A stretch of 64,000 bases of DNA. Origin: Auanema rhodensis. Its lineage: Eukaryota > Animalia > Nematoda. A model generated the notes under the pieces. The model searched no databases, had not been told where the DNA came from, and saw only the letters and a program-made list of their open reading frames with translations. The stretch is taken from positions 12,028,001-12,092,000 of the forward strand of contig OZ059899.1 of NCBI GenBank assembly GCA_964057225.1, in the 5' to 3' direction. Position numbers and translations under genes: made by a program. Shown here in pieces: positions 39,701 to 51,700 of the stretch (its first letter is position 1; every line of letters begins with the position of its first letter).

Positions 39701-42700
39701 TTCTTGGCAAGCTGGTTAACTTCATCCTTAAGGTTGTCCATAACAGGAACAGCTCTCTCGGAATCAGCAAGTTGAACGTTGTTCAAAGCATCGGTAAGTT
39801 GTTTCAATTGATTGTTCATGTTCTTGTTATCCTCACGAAGCTTGTGCTCTTGTGGAAGTGACTTCTCGAGGGGTGAAGCCAAGCTCTTAGCTTGTTCCTT
39901 CATCTCATGAGCAGTTCGAGCCAATTGTGGTGTTGAGCTCTCGATGTCAGCTACATCGATTGAAGCAATGATCTTCTGAAGCTTAGCAAGTTCCTCGTCA
40001 ACGTTATCGATTGGTTGTGGTGATTGCAAAGCCTTGGCAATAGCTTCTACCTCTTCCTTGTCCTTGTTCAACTTGGCTGTAACGTCGTTGAGCTTCTCTT
40101 CAGCTCGGACAGCTTCATCAAGTTGCTTGTCAGCCTTAGCGTTGAGGTCGTGTGTTCTGGCAATGAGCTTGTTCTTCTTCTCATCATCCATGCTGGCGGA
40201 TGGTACAGCTTCAACGACGGCCATCAATTCAGCTAGTTTGGGTACGATGTTCTTCTTGAATTCAGAGAGTTCATCAACAGATGCAAGTCCAGGTAAGACA
40301 TCTTCAGCCTTCTTCAGCTCATCTTCAACATCCTTCAAAGCATTCTCAGCTCTCTTGGCTTCTTCTTCTTCGGCAGTCTTTTTGACCAAATCATCGGAAG
40401 TCTTATCAGACAACTGCTTCAAGTTGTTTTCGAGGTTGTCAGCCTTCTGGCGATCAGAAGCTGGAAGTGGAGCATCAGAAAGAGCAGCCAATTTGTCTGT
40501 CAAATCCTTGATCTTATCAAGCTTAGCTTGTAGAGCCTCAGCATTTTCATCTTCAGCCTTATCAGCAGCCTTCTTTCCTTTACCCTTCTTACTCTTCTTT
40601 GCTGGAGCAGCAGGTTGGGCAAGAGCGTTAGCTTGATCATCGATTTCAGCCAATTGCTTTTGAGCAGCCTTTACAGCTTCGTTGTGTTTCTTCTTAGCTT
40701 CCTCAGCATCATCAAGCTTCTTGCGGAGCTCGTTTTGCTGATCTTCTGGAAGTTGGGCAAGGCTTCGGCGAAGTTCTTCAATCTGGTCTTCGGATAATTC
40801 TTCAATTGGCTTCTGTTGCAAGTCATTAACCTTGATGGTAATAAGTTGAATAACTTCTTCTTCTTCGGCTTGTTTCAAGCGATCCTTAGCTTCTTCAAGC
40901 GATTTCTCCAATTTAGGTAATTGTTCAGCCAGAGCAGCAATGATGTTGGCTTCGTCTGGCTTGACGTGCTTGTTTCCAGCTTGAAGTTCTTCCTTCTTCT
41001 CCTTGAGTACGTCCAATTGAGAACGAATAGCTGGGAGTTCGTGAGCTTCGAGGCTATCGATAACGTCAGCAGATGGTAGATCAGCCAAATGGCTGTTAAG
41101 CTGGTTGAGTTCTTTCTTGATGTGCTCAATGGAATCCATCAAGTTCTTCTCTTCTTCGATTTCATTGGTCAACTGGTCGAGAGCCTCAGCATATTGCTTA
41201 TCAACCTGTTCAACATCAACATCTCTGAATCGTACGTCACTTAATGTGATCTCCAAAGGATTGAGGAGCTCAGATAGACGTTGCATGTTGCGCATCTTAT
41301 CAGCCAGGATGTCAGATGTTCGGCTTGCTTCACGCAATTTCTGGAGGTCGTCCTTGACTTCGTCCAGACTGCGTACAGGCTTATTGAGAACGGCATCAAG
41401 TGGTTCGTGGGAACGTTCAAGTTCATCATCAGTCTCATTACGAGCATCAACGAACTCGTCCCAGTTGGTGGCACGATCGTGGAGGATTGGAACGATCTGG
41501 TTGGCAGCATCTATGGTTTGGCGGAGAGCTTGGACAGTTGGTTCATCAGATGGAGCAGAAGCAACAATGTCTTCAGCATGCTTCACTTCCTTGGCTATCA
41601 CTTCAGCAGATGGTCTATATTGCTCTGGAGATCCTTGGGCATCTTGAATAAGATTGTTAGCATCATTAACCAAGCGGGCAAGGTTGGATTGAGCAGGTAC
41701 AGTCTTGGATTGAAGATCGGCAAGTTCCTTCTCCTTCTGTTGCTTCTCTTGCAGAGCAGCTTGGCGCTTCTGAAAAAATTGAATTAAGTTTGATGAAAAT
41801 GAAAGATAAGTACTCACCTCAAGTAATTCTTGAGTAGTATTCAAGCGCTTCAGAAGCTCGTCATGTTCCTTCTTCTGTGCATCATCGAGAACATTGACAT
41901 CTACGTTGGCAACATTCTCACGGAGCTTCTCCAAAGCATCACGGTCTCTGGCAATTGCTTGTAGAAGCTGCTCATCAGACAATTCAGATGGTTCGTCTGT
42001 GTACTTGGATGTGATGGCAAGCAAGTTGTCCTCAGCATCCTTGCGAGCACTGTTGAAGGCAGCAAGGGCAGCCATCTTATCTCCAACCATGTCACCAAGT
42101 TGTTTCAGAAGTTCTTTCAGTTTTGATAAATTCCAAGAGCTCTTCTGGCGTTCTTCATCACCTTCAGGTCCTTCAGGAATTTCGTCCATTAGAGCTTCGA
42201 GACGTGCCTTGGCAGATTGAAGGTCTTCAAGCGAAGCCTGTTGTTCAGCAAGGGTCTCTGGCATCTTTTCAGGTCTGTTGTTGATGGATTGAGCAATAAG
42301 CTGGAGTTCAGGAGCGATCTGGTTGAGCTTAACAGAGTCGGCAAGAGTAGCTTGCTTATCAGCAGCATTACGAACTAACTCATCAACCTTTGACTTCAAG
42401 TCCTTCACAAGGTCGCTGTCGTTGACGACATCAGCGTTGTTGTTCTTCAACTCGTTCTCGTGGGCTTCGATGTTCTTGGCAAGCTGGTTAACTTCATCCT
42501 TAAGGTTGTCCATAACAGGAACAGCTCTCTCGGAATCAGCAAGTTGAACGTTGTTCAAAGCATCGGTAAGTTGTTTCAATTGATTGTTCATGTTCTTGTT
42601 ATCCTCACGAAGCTTGTGCTCTTGTGGAAGTGACTTCTCGAGGGGTGAAGCCAAGCTCTTAGCTTGTTCCTTCATCTCATGAGCAGTTCGAGCCAATTGT

Positions 42701-45700
42701 GGTGTTGAGCTCTCGATGTCAGCTACATCGATTGAAGCAATGATCTTCTGAAGCTTAGCAAGTTCCTCGTCAACGTTATCGATTGGTTGTGGTGATTGCA
42801 AAGCCTTGGCAATAGCTTCTACCTCTTCCTTGTCCTTGTTCAACTTGGCTGTAACGTCGTTGAGCTTCTCTTCAGCTCGGACAGCTTCATCAAGTTGCTT
42901 GTCAGCCTTAGCGTTGAGGTCGTGTGTTCTGGCAATAAGCTTGTTCTTCTTCTCATCATCCATGCTGGCGGATGGTACAGCTTCAACGACGGCCATCAAT
43001 TCAGCTAGTTTGGGTACGATGTTCTTCTTGAATTCAGAGAGTTCATCAACAGATGCAAGTCCAGGTAAGACATCTTCAGCCTTCTTCAGCTCATCTTCAA
43101 CATCCTTCAAAGCATTCTCAGCTCTCTTGGCTTCTTCTTCTTCGGCAGTCTTTTTGACCAAATCATCGGAAGTCTTATCAGACAACTGCTTCAAGTTGTT
43201 TTCGAGGTTGTCAGCCTTCTGGCGATCAGAAGCTGGAAGTGGAGCATCAGAAAGAGCAGCCAATTTGTCTGTCAAATCCTTGATCTTATCAAGCTTAGCT
43301 TGTAGAGCCTCAGCATTTTCATCTTCAGCCTTATCAGCAGCCTTCTTTCCTTTACCCTTCTTACTCTTCTTTGCTGGAGCAGCAGGTTGGGCAAGAGCGT
43401 TAGCTTGATCATCGATTTCAGCCAATTGCTTTTGAGCAGCCTTTACAGCTTCGTTGTGTTGCTTCTTAGCTTCCTCAGCATCATCAAGCTTCTTGCGGAG
43501 CTCGTTTTGCTGATCTTCTGGAAGTTGGGCAAGGCTTCGGCGAAGTTCTTCAATCTGGTCTTCGGATAATTCTTCAATTGGCTTCTGTTGCAAGTCATTA
43601 ACCTTGATGGTAATAAGTTGAATAACTTCTTCTTCTTCGGCTTGTTTCAAGCGATCCTTAGCTTCTTCAAGCGATTTCTCCAATTTAGGTAATTGTTCAG
43701 CCAGAGCAGCAATGATGTTGGCTTCGTCTGGCTTGACGTGCTTGTTTCCAGCTTGAAGTTCTTCCTTCTTCTCCTTGAGTACGTCCAATTGAGAACGAAT
43801 AGCTGGGAGTTCGTGAGCTTCGAGGCTATCGATAACGTCAGCAGATGGTAGATCAGCCAAATGGCTGTTAAGCTGGTTGAGTTCTTTCTTGATGTGCTCA
43901 ATGGAATCCATCAAGTTCTTCTCTTCTTCGATTTCATTGGTCAACTGGTCGAGAGCCTCAGCATATTGCTTATCAACCTGTTCAACATCAACATCTCTGA
44001 ATCGTACGTCACTTAATGTGATCTCCAAAGGATTGAGGAGCTCAGATAGACGTTGCATGTTGCGCATCTTATCAGCCAGGATGTCAGATGTTCGGCTTGC
44101 TTCACGCAATTTCTGGAGGTCGTCCTTGACTTCGTCCAGACTGCGTACAGGCTTATTGAGAACGGCATCAAGTGGTTCGTGGGAACGTTCAAGTTCATCA
44201 TCAGTCTCATTACGAGCATCAACGAACTCGTCCCAGTTGGTGGCACGATCGTGGAGGATTGGAACGATCTGGTTGGCAGCATCTATGGTTTGGCGGAGAG
44301 CTTGGACAGTTGGTTCATCAGATGGAGCAGAAGCAACAATGTCTTCAGCATGCTTCACTTCCTTGGCTATCACTTCAGCAGATGGTCTATATTGCTCTGG
44401 AGATCCTTGGGCATCTTGAATAAGATTGTTAGCATCATTAACCAAGCGGGCAAGGTTGGATTGAGCAGGTACAGTCTTGGATTGAAGATCGGCAAGTTCC
44501 TTCTCCTTCTGTTGCTTCTCTTGCAGAGCAGCTTGGCGCTTCTGAAAAAATTGAATTAAGTTTGATGAAAATGAAAGATAAGTACTCACCTCAAGTAATT
44601 CTTGAGTAGTATTCAAGCGCTTCAGAAGCTCGTCATGTTCCTTCTTCTGTGCATCATCGAGAACATTGACATCTACGTTGGCAACATTCTCACGGAGCTT
44701 CTCCAAAGCATCACGGTCTCTGGCAATTGCTTGTAGAAGCTGCTCATCAGACAATTCAGATGGTTCGTCTGTGTACTTGGATGTGATGGCAAGCAAGTTG
44801 TCCTCAGCATCCTTGCGAGCACTGTTGAAGGCAGCAAGGGCAGCCATCTTATCTCCAACCATGTCACCAAGTTGTTTCAGAAGTTCTTTCAGTTTTGATA
44901 AATTCCAAGAGCTCTTCTGGCGTTCTTCATCACCTTCAGGTCCTTCAGGAATTTCGTCCATTAGAGCTTCGAGACGTGCCTTGGCAGATTGAAGGTCTTC
45001 AAGCGAAGCCTGTTGTTCAGCAAGGGTCTCTGGCATCTTTTCAGGTCTGTTGTTGATGGATTGAGCAATAAGCTGGAGTTCAGGAGCGATCTGGTTGAGC
45101 TTAACAGAGTCGGCAAGAGTAGCTTGCTTATCAGCAGCATTACGAACTAACTCATCAACCTTTGACTTCAAGTCCTTCACAAGGTCGCTGTCGTTGACGA
45201 CATCAGCGTTGTTGTTCTTCAACTCGTTCTCGTGGGCTTCGATGTTCTTGGCAAGCTGGTTAACTTCATCCTTAAGGTTGTCCATAACAGGAACAGCTCT
45301 CTCGGAATCAGCAAGTTGAACGTTGTTCAAAGCATCGGTAAGTTGTTTCAATTGATTGTTCATGTTCTTGTTATCCTCACGAAGCTTGTGCTCTTGTGGA
45401 AGTGACTTCTCGAGGGGTGAAGCCAAGCTCTTAGCTTGTTCCTTCATCTCATGAGCAGTTCGAGCCAATTGTGGTGTTGAGCTCTCGATGTCAGCTACAT
45501 CGATTGAAGCAATGATCTTCTGAAGCTTAGCAAGTTCCTCGTCAACGTTATCGATTGGTTGTGGTGATTGCAAAGCCTTGGCAATAGCTTCTACCTCTTC
45601 CTTGTCCTTGTTCAACTTGGCTGTAACGTCGTTGAGCTTCTCTTCAGCTCGGACAGCTTCATCAAGTTGCTTGTCAGCCTTAGCGTTGAGGTCGTGTGTT

Positions 45701-48700
45701 CTGGCAATGAGCTTGTTCTTCTTCTCATCATCCATGCTGGCGGATGGTACAGCTTCAACGACGGCCATCAATTCAGCTAGTTTGGGTACGATGTTCTTCT
45801 TGAATTCAGAGAGTTCATCAACAGATGCAAGTCCAGGTAAGACATCTTCAGCCTTCTTCAGCTCATCTTCAACATCCTTCAAAGCATTCTCAGCTCTCTT
45901 GGCTTCTTCTTCTTCGGCAGTCTTTTTGACCAAATCATCGGAAGTCTTATCAGACAACTGCTTCAAGTTGTTTTCGAGGTTGTCAGCCTTCTGGCGATCA
46001 GAAGCTGGAAGTGGAGCATCAGAAAGAGCAGCCAATTTGTCTGTCAAATCCTTGATCTTATCAAGCTTAGCTTGTAGAGCCTCAGCATTTTCATCTTCAG
46101 CCTTATCAGCAGCCTTCTTTCCTTTACCCTTCTTACTCTTCTTTGCTGGAGCAGCAGGTTGGGCAAGAGCGTTAGCTTGATCATCGATTTCAGCCAATTG
46201 CTTTTGAGCAGCCTTTACAGCTTCGTTGTGTTTCTTCTTAGCTTCCTCAGCATCATCAAGCTTCTTGCGGAGCTCGTTTTGCTGATCTTCTGGAAGTTGG
46301 GCAAGGCTTCGGCGAAGTTCTTCAATCTGGTCTTCGGATAATTCTTCAATTGGCTTCTGTTGCAAGTCATTAACCTTGATGGTAATAAGTTGAATAACTT
46401 CTTCTTCTTCGGCTTGTTTCAAGCGATCCTTAGCTTCTTCAAGCGATTTCTCCAATTTAGGTAATTGTTCAGCCAGAGCAGCAATGATGTTGGCTTCGTC
46501 TGGCTTGACGTGCTTGTTTCCAGCTTGAAGTTCTTCCTTCTTCTCCTTGAGTACGTTCAATTGAGAACGAATAGCTGGGAGTTCGTGAGCTTCGAGGCTA
46601 TCGATAACGTCAGCAGATGGTAGATCAGCCAAATGGCTGTTAAGCTGGTTGAGTTCTTTCTTGATGTGCTCAATGGAATCCATCAAGTTCTTCTCTTCTT
46701 CGATTTCATTGGTCAACTGGTCGAGAGCCTCAGCATATTGCTTATCAACCTGTTCAACATCAACATCTCTGAATCGTACGTCACTTAATGTGATCTCCAA
46801 AGGATTGAGGAGCTCAGATAGACGTTGCATGTTGCGCATCTTATCAGCCAGGATGTCAGATGTTCGGCTTGCTTCACGCAATTTCTGGAGGTCGTCCTTG
46901 ACTTCGTCCAGACTGCGTACAGGCTTATTGAGAACGGCATCAAGTGGTTCGTGGGAACGTTCAAGTTCATCATCAGTCTCATTACGAGCATCAACGAACT
47001 CGTCCCAGTTGGTGGCACGATCGTGGAGGATTGGAACGATCTGGTTGGCAGCATCTATGGTTTGGCGGAGAGCTTGGACAGTTGGTTCATCAGATGGAGC
47101 AGAAGCAACAATGTCTTCAGCATGCTTCACTTCCTTGGCTATCACTTCAGCAGATGGTCTATATTGCTCTGGAGATCCTTGGGCATCTTGAATAAGATTG
47201 TTAGCATCATTAACCAAGCGGGCAAGGTTGGATTGAGCAGGTACAGTCTTGGATTGAAGATCGGCAAGTTCCTTCTCCTTCTGTTGCTTCTCTTGCAGAG
47301 CAGCTTGGCGCTTCTGAAAAAATTGAATTAAGTTTGATGAAAATGAAAGATAAGTACTCACCTCAAGTAATTCTTGAGTAGTATTCAAGCGCTTCAGAAG
47401 CTCGTCATGTTCCTTCTTCTGTGCATCATCGAGAACATTGACATCTACGTTGGCAACATTCTCACGGAGCTTCTCCAAAGCATCACGGTCTCTGGCAATT
47501 GCTTGTAGAAGCTGCTCATCAGACAATTCAGATGGTTCGTCTGTGTACTTGGATGTGATGGCAAGCAAGTTGTCCTCAGCATCCTTGCGAGCACTGTTGA
47601 AGGCAGCAAGGGCAGCCATCTTATCTCCAACCATGTCACCAAGTTGTTTCAGAAGTTCTTTCAGTTTTGATAAATTCCAAGAGCTCTTCTGGCGTTCTTC
47701 ATCACCTTCAGGTCCTTCAGGAATTTCGTCCATTAGAGCTTCGAGACGTGCCTTGGCAGATTGAAGGTCTTCAAGCGAAGCCTGTTGTTCAGCAAGGGTC
47801 TCTGGCATCTTTTCAGGTCTGTTGTTGATGGATTGAGCAATAAGCTGGAGTTCAGGAGCGATCTGGTTGAGCTTAACAGAGTCGGCAAGAGTAGCTTGCT
47901 TATCAGCAGCATTACGAACTAACTCATCAACCTTTGACTTCAAGTCCTTCACAAGGTCGCTGTCGTTGACGACATCAGCGTTGTTGTTCTTCAACTCGTT
48001 CTCGTGGGCTTCGATGTTCTTGGCAAGCTGGTTAACTTCATCCTTAAGGTTGTCCATAACAGGAACAGCTCTCTCGGAATCAGCAAGTTGAACGTTGTTC
48101 AAAGCATCGGTAAGTTGTTTCAATTGATTGTTCATGTTCTTGTTATCCTCACGAAGCTTGTGCTCTTGTGGAAGTGACTTCTCGAGGGGTGAAGCCAAGC
48201 TCTTAGCTTGTTCCTTCATCTCATGAGCAGTTCGAGCCAATTGTGGTGTTGAGCTCTCGATGTCAGCTACATCGATTGAAGCAATGATCTTCTGAAGCTT
48301 AGCAAGTTCCTCGTCAACGTTATCGATTGGTTGTGGTGATTGCAAAGCCTTGGCAATAGCTTCTACCTCTTCCTTGTCCTTGTTCAACTTGGCTGTAACG
48401 TCGTTGAGCTTCTCTTCAGCTCGGACAGCTTCATCAAGTTGCTTGTCAGCCTTAGCGTTGAGGTCGTGTGTTCTGGCAATGAGCTTGTTCTTCTTCTCAT
48501 CATCCATGCTGGCGGATGGTACAGCTTCAACGACGGCCATCAATTCAGCTAGTTTGGGTACGATGTTCTTCTTGAATTCAGAGAGTTCATCAACAGATGC
48601 AAGTCCAGGTAAGACATCTTCAGCCTTCTTCAGCTCATCTTCAACATCCTTCAAAGCATTCTCAGCTCTCTTGGCTTCTTCTTCTTCGGCAGTCTTTTTG

Positions 48701-51700
48701 ACCAAATCATCGGAAGTCTTATCAGACAACTGCTTCAAGTTGTTTTCGAGGTTGTCAGCCTTCTGGCGATCAGAAGCTGGAAGTGGAGCATCAGAAAGAG
48801 CAGCCAATTTGTCTGTCAAATCCTTGATCTTATCAAGCTTAGCTTGTAGAGCCTCAGCATTTTCATCTTCAGCCTTATCAGCAGCCTTCTTTCCTTTACC
48901 CTTCTTACTCTTCTTTGCTGGAGCAGCAGGTTGGGCAAGAGCGTTAGCTTGATCATCGATTTCAGCCAATTGCTTTTGAGCAGCCTTTACAGCTTCGTTG
49001 TGTTTCTTCTTAGCTTCCTCAGCATCATCAAGCTTCTTGCGGAGCTCGTTTTGCTGATCTTCTGGAAGTTGGGCAAGGCTTCGGCGAAGTTCTTCAATCT
49101 GGTCTTCGGATAATTCTTCAATTGGCTTCTGTTGCAAGTCATTAACCTTGATGGTAATAAGTTGAATAACTTCTTCTTCTTCGGCTTGTTTCAAGCGATC
49201 CTTAGCTTCTTCAAGCGATTTCTCCAATTTAGGTAATTGTTCAGCCAGAGCAGCAATGATGTTGGCTTCGTCTGGCTTGACGTGCTTGTTTCCAGCTTGA
49301 AGTTCTTCCTTCTTCTCCTTGAGTACGTCCAATTGAGAACGAATAGCTGGGAGTTCGTGAGCTTCGAGGCTATCGATAACGTCAGCAGATGGTAGATCAG
49401 CCAAATGGCTGTTAAGCTGGTTGAGTTCTTTCTTGATGTGCTCAATGGAATCCATCAAGTTCTTCTCTTCTTCGATTTCATTGGTCAACTGGTCGAGAGC
49501 CTCAGCATATTGCTTATCAACCTGTTCAACATCAACATCTCTGAATCGTACGTCACTTAATGTGATCTCCAAAGGATTGAGGAGCTCAGATAGACGTTGC
49601 ATGTTGCGCATCTTATCAGCCAGGATGTCAGATGTTCGGCTTGCTTCACGCAATTTCTGGAGGTCGTCCTTGACTTCGTCCAGACTGCGTACAGGCTTAT
49701 TGAGAACGGCATCAAGTGGTTCGTGGGAACGTTCAAGTTCATCATCAGTCTCATTACGAGCATCAACGAACTCGTCCCAGTTGGTGGCACGATCGTGGAG
49801 GATTGGAACGATCTGGTTGGCAGCATCTATGGTTTGGCGGAGAGCTTGGACAGTTGGTTCATCAGATGGAGCAGAAGCAACAATGTCTTCAGCATGCTTC
49901 ACTTCCTTGGCTATCACTTCAGCAGATGGTCTATATTGCTCTGGAGATCCTTGGGCATCTTGAATAAGATTGTTAGCATCATTAACCAAGCGGGCAAGGT
50001 TGGATTGAGCAGGTACAGTCTTGGATTGAAGATCGGCAAGTTCCTTCTCCTTCTGTTGCTTCTCTTGCAGAGCAGCTTGGCGCTTCTGAAAAAATTGAAT
50101 TAAGTTTGATGAAAATGAAAGATAAGTACTCACCTCAAGTAATTCTTGAGTAGTATTCAAGCGCTTCAGAAGCTCGTCATGTTCCTTCTTCTGTGCATCA
50201 TCGAGAACATTGACATCTACGTTGGCAACATTCTCACGGAGCTTCTCCAAAGCATCACGGTCTCTGGCAATTGCTTGTAGAAGCTGCTCATCAGACAATT
50301 CAGATGGTTCGTCTGTGTACTTGGATGTGATGGCAAGCAAGTTGTCCTCAGCATCCTTGCGAGCACTATTGAAGGCAGCAAGGGCAGCCATCTTATCTCC
50401 AACCATGTCACCAAGTTGTTCCAGAAGTTCTTTCAGTTTTGATAAATTCCAAGAGCTCTTCTGGCGTTCTTCATCACCTTCAGGTCCTTCAGGAATTTCG
50501 TCCATTAGAGCTTCGAGACGTGCCTTGGCAGATTGAAGGTCTTCAAGCGAAGCCTGTTGTTCAGCAAGGGTCTCTGGCATCTTTTCAGGTCTGTTGTTGA
50601 TGGATTGAGCAATAAGCTGGAGTTCAGGAGCGATCTGGTTGAGCTTAACAGAGTCGGCAAGAGTAGCTTGCTTATCAGCAGCATTACGAACTAACTCATC
50701 AACCTTTGACTTCAAGTCCTTCACAAGGTCGCTGTCGTTGACGACATCAGCGTTGTTGTTCTTCAACTCGTTCTCGTGGGCTTCGATGTTCTTGGCAAGC
50801 TGGTTAACTTCATCCTTAAGGTTGTCCATAACAGGAACAGCTCTCTCGGAATCAGCAAGTTGAACGTTGTTCAAAGCATCGGTAAGTTGTTTCAATTGAT
50901 TGTTCATGTTCTTGTTATCCTCACGAAGCTTGTGCTCTTGTGGAAGTGACTTCTCGAGGGGTGAAGCCAAGCTCTTAGCTTGTTCCTTCATCTCATGAGC
51001 AGTTCGAGCCAATTGTGGTGTTGAGCTCTCGATGTCAGCTACATCGATTGAAGCAATGATCTTCTGAAGCTTAGCAAGTTCCTCGTCAACGTTATCGATT
51101 GGTTGTGGTGATTGCAAAGCCTTGGCAATAGCTTCTACCTCTTCCTTGTCCTTGTTCAACTTGGCTGTAACGTCGTTGAGCTTCTCTTCAGCTCGGACAG
51201 CTTCATCAAGTTGCTTGTCAGCCTTAGCGTTGAGGTCGTGTGTTCTGGCAATGAGCTTGTTCTTCTTCTCATCATCCATGCTGGCGGATGGTACAGCTTC
51301 AACGACGGCCATCAATTCAGCTAGTTTGGGTACGATGTTCTTCTTGAATTCAGAGAGTTCATCAACAGATGCAAGTCCAGGTAAGACATCTTCAGCCTTC
51401 TTCAGCTCATCTTCAACATCCTTCAAAGCATTCTCAGCTCTCTTGACTTCTTCTTCTTCGGCAGTCTTTTTGACCAAATCATCGGAAGTCTTATCAGACA
51501 ACTGCTTCAAGTTGTTTTCGAGGTTGTCAGCCTTCTGGCGATCAGAAGCTGGAAGTGGAGCATCAGAAAGAGCAGCCAATTTGTCTGTCAAATCCTTGAT
51601 CTTATCAAGCTTAGCTTGTAGAGCCTCAGCATTTTCATCTTCAGCCTTATCAGCAGCCTTCTTTCCTTTACCCTTCTTACTCTTCTTTGCTGGAGCAGCA

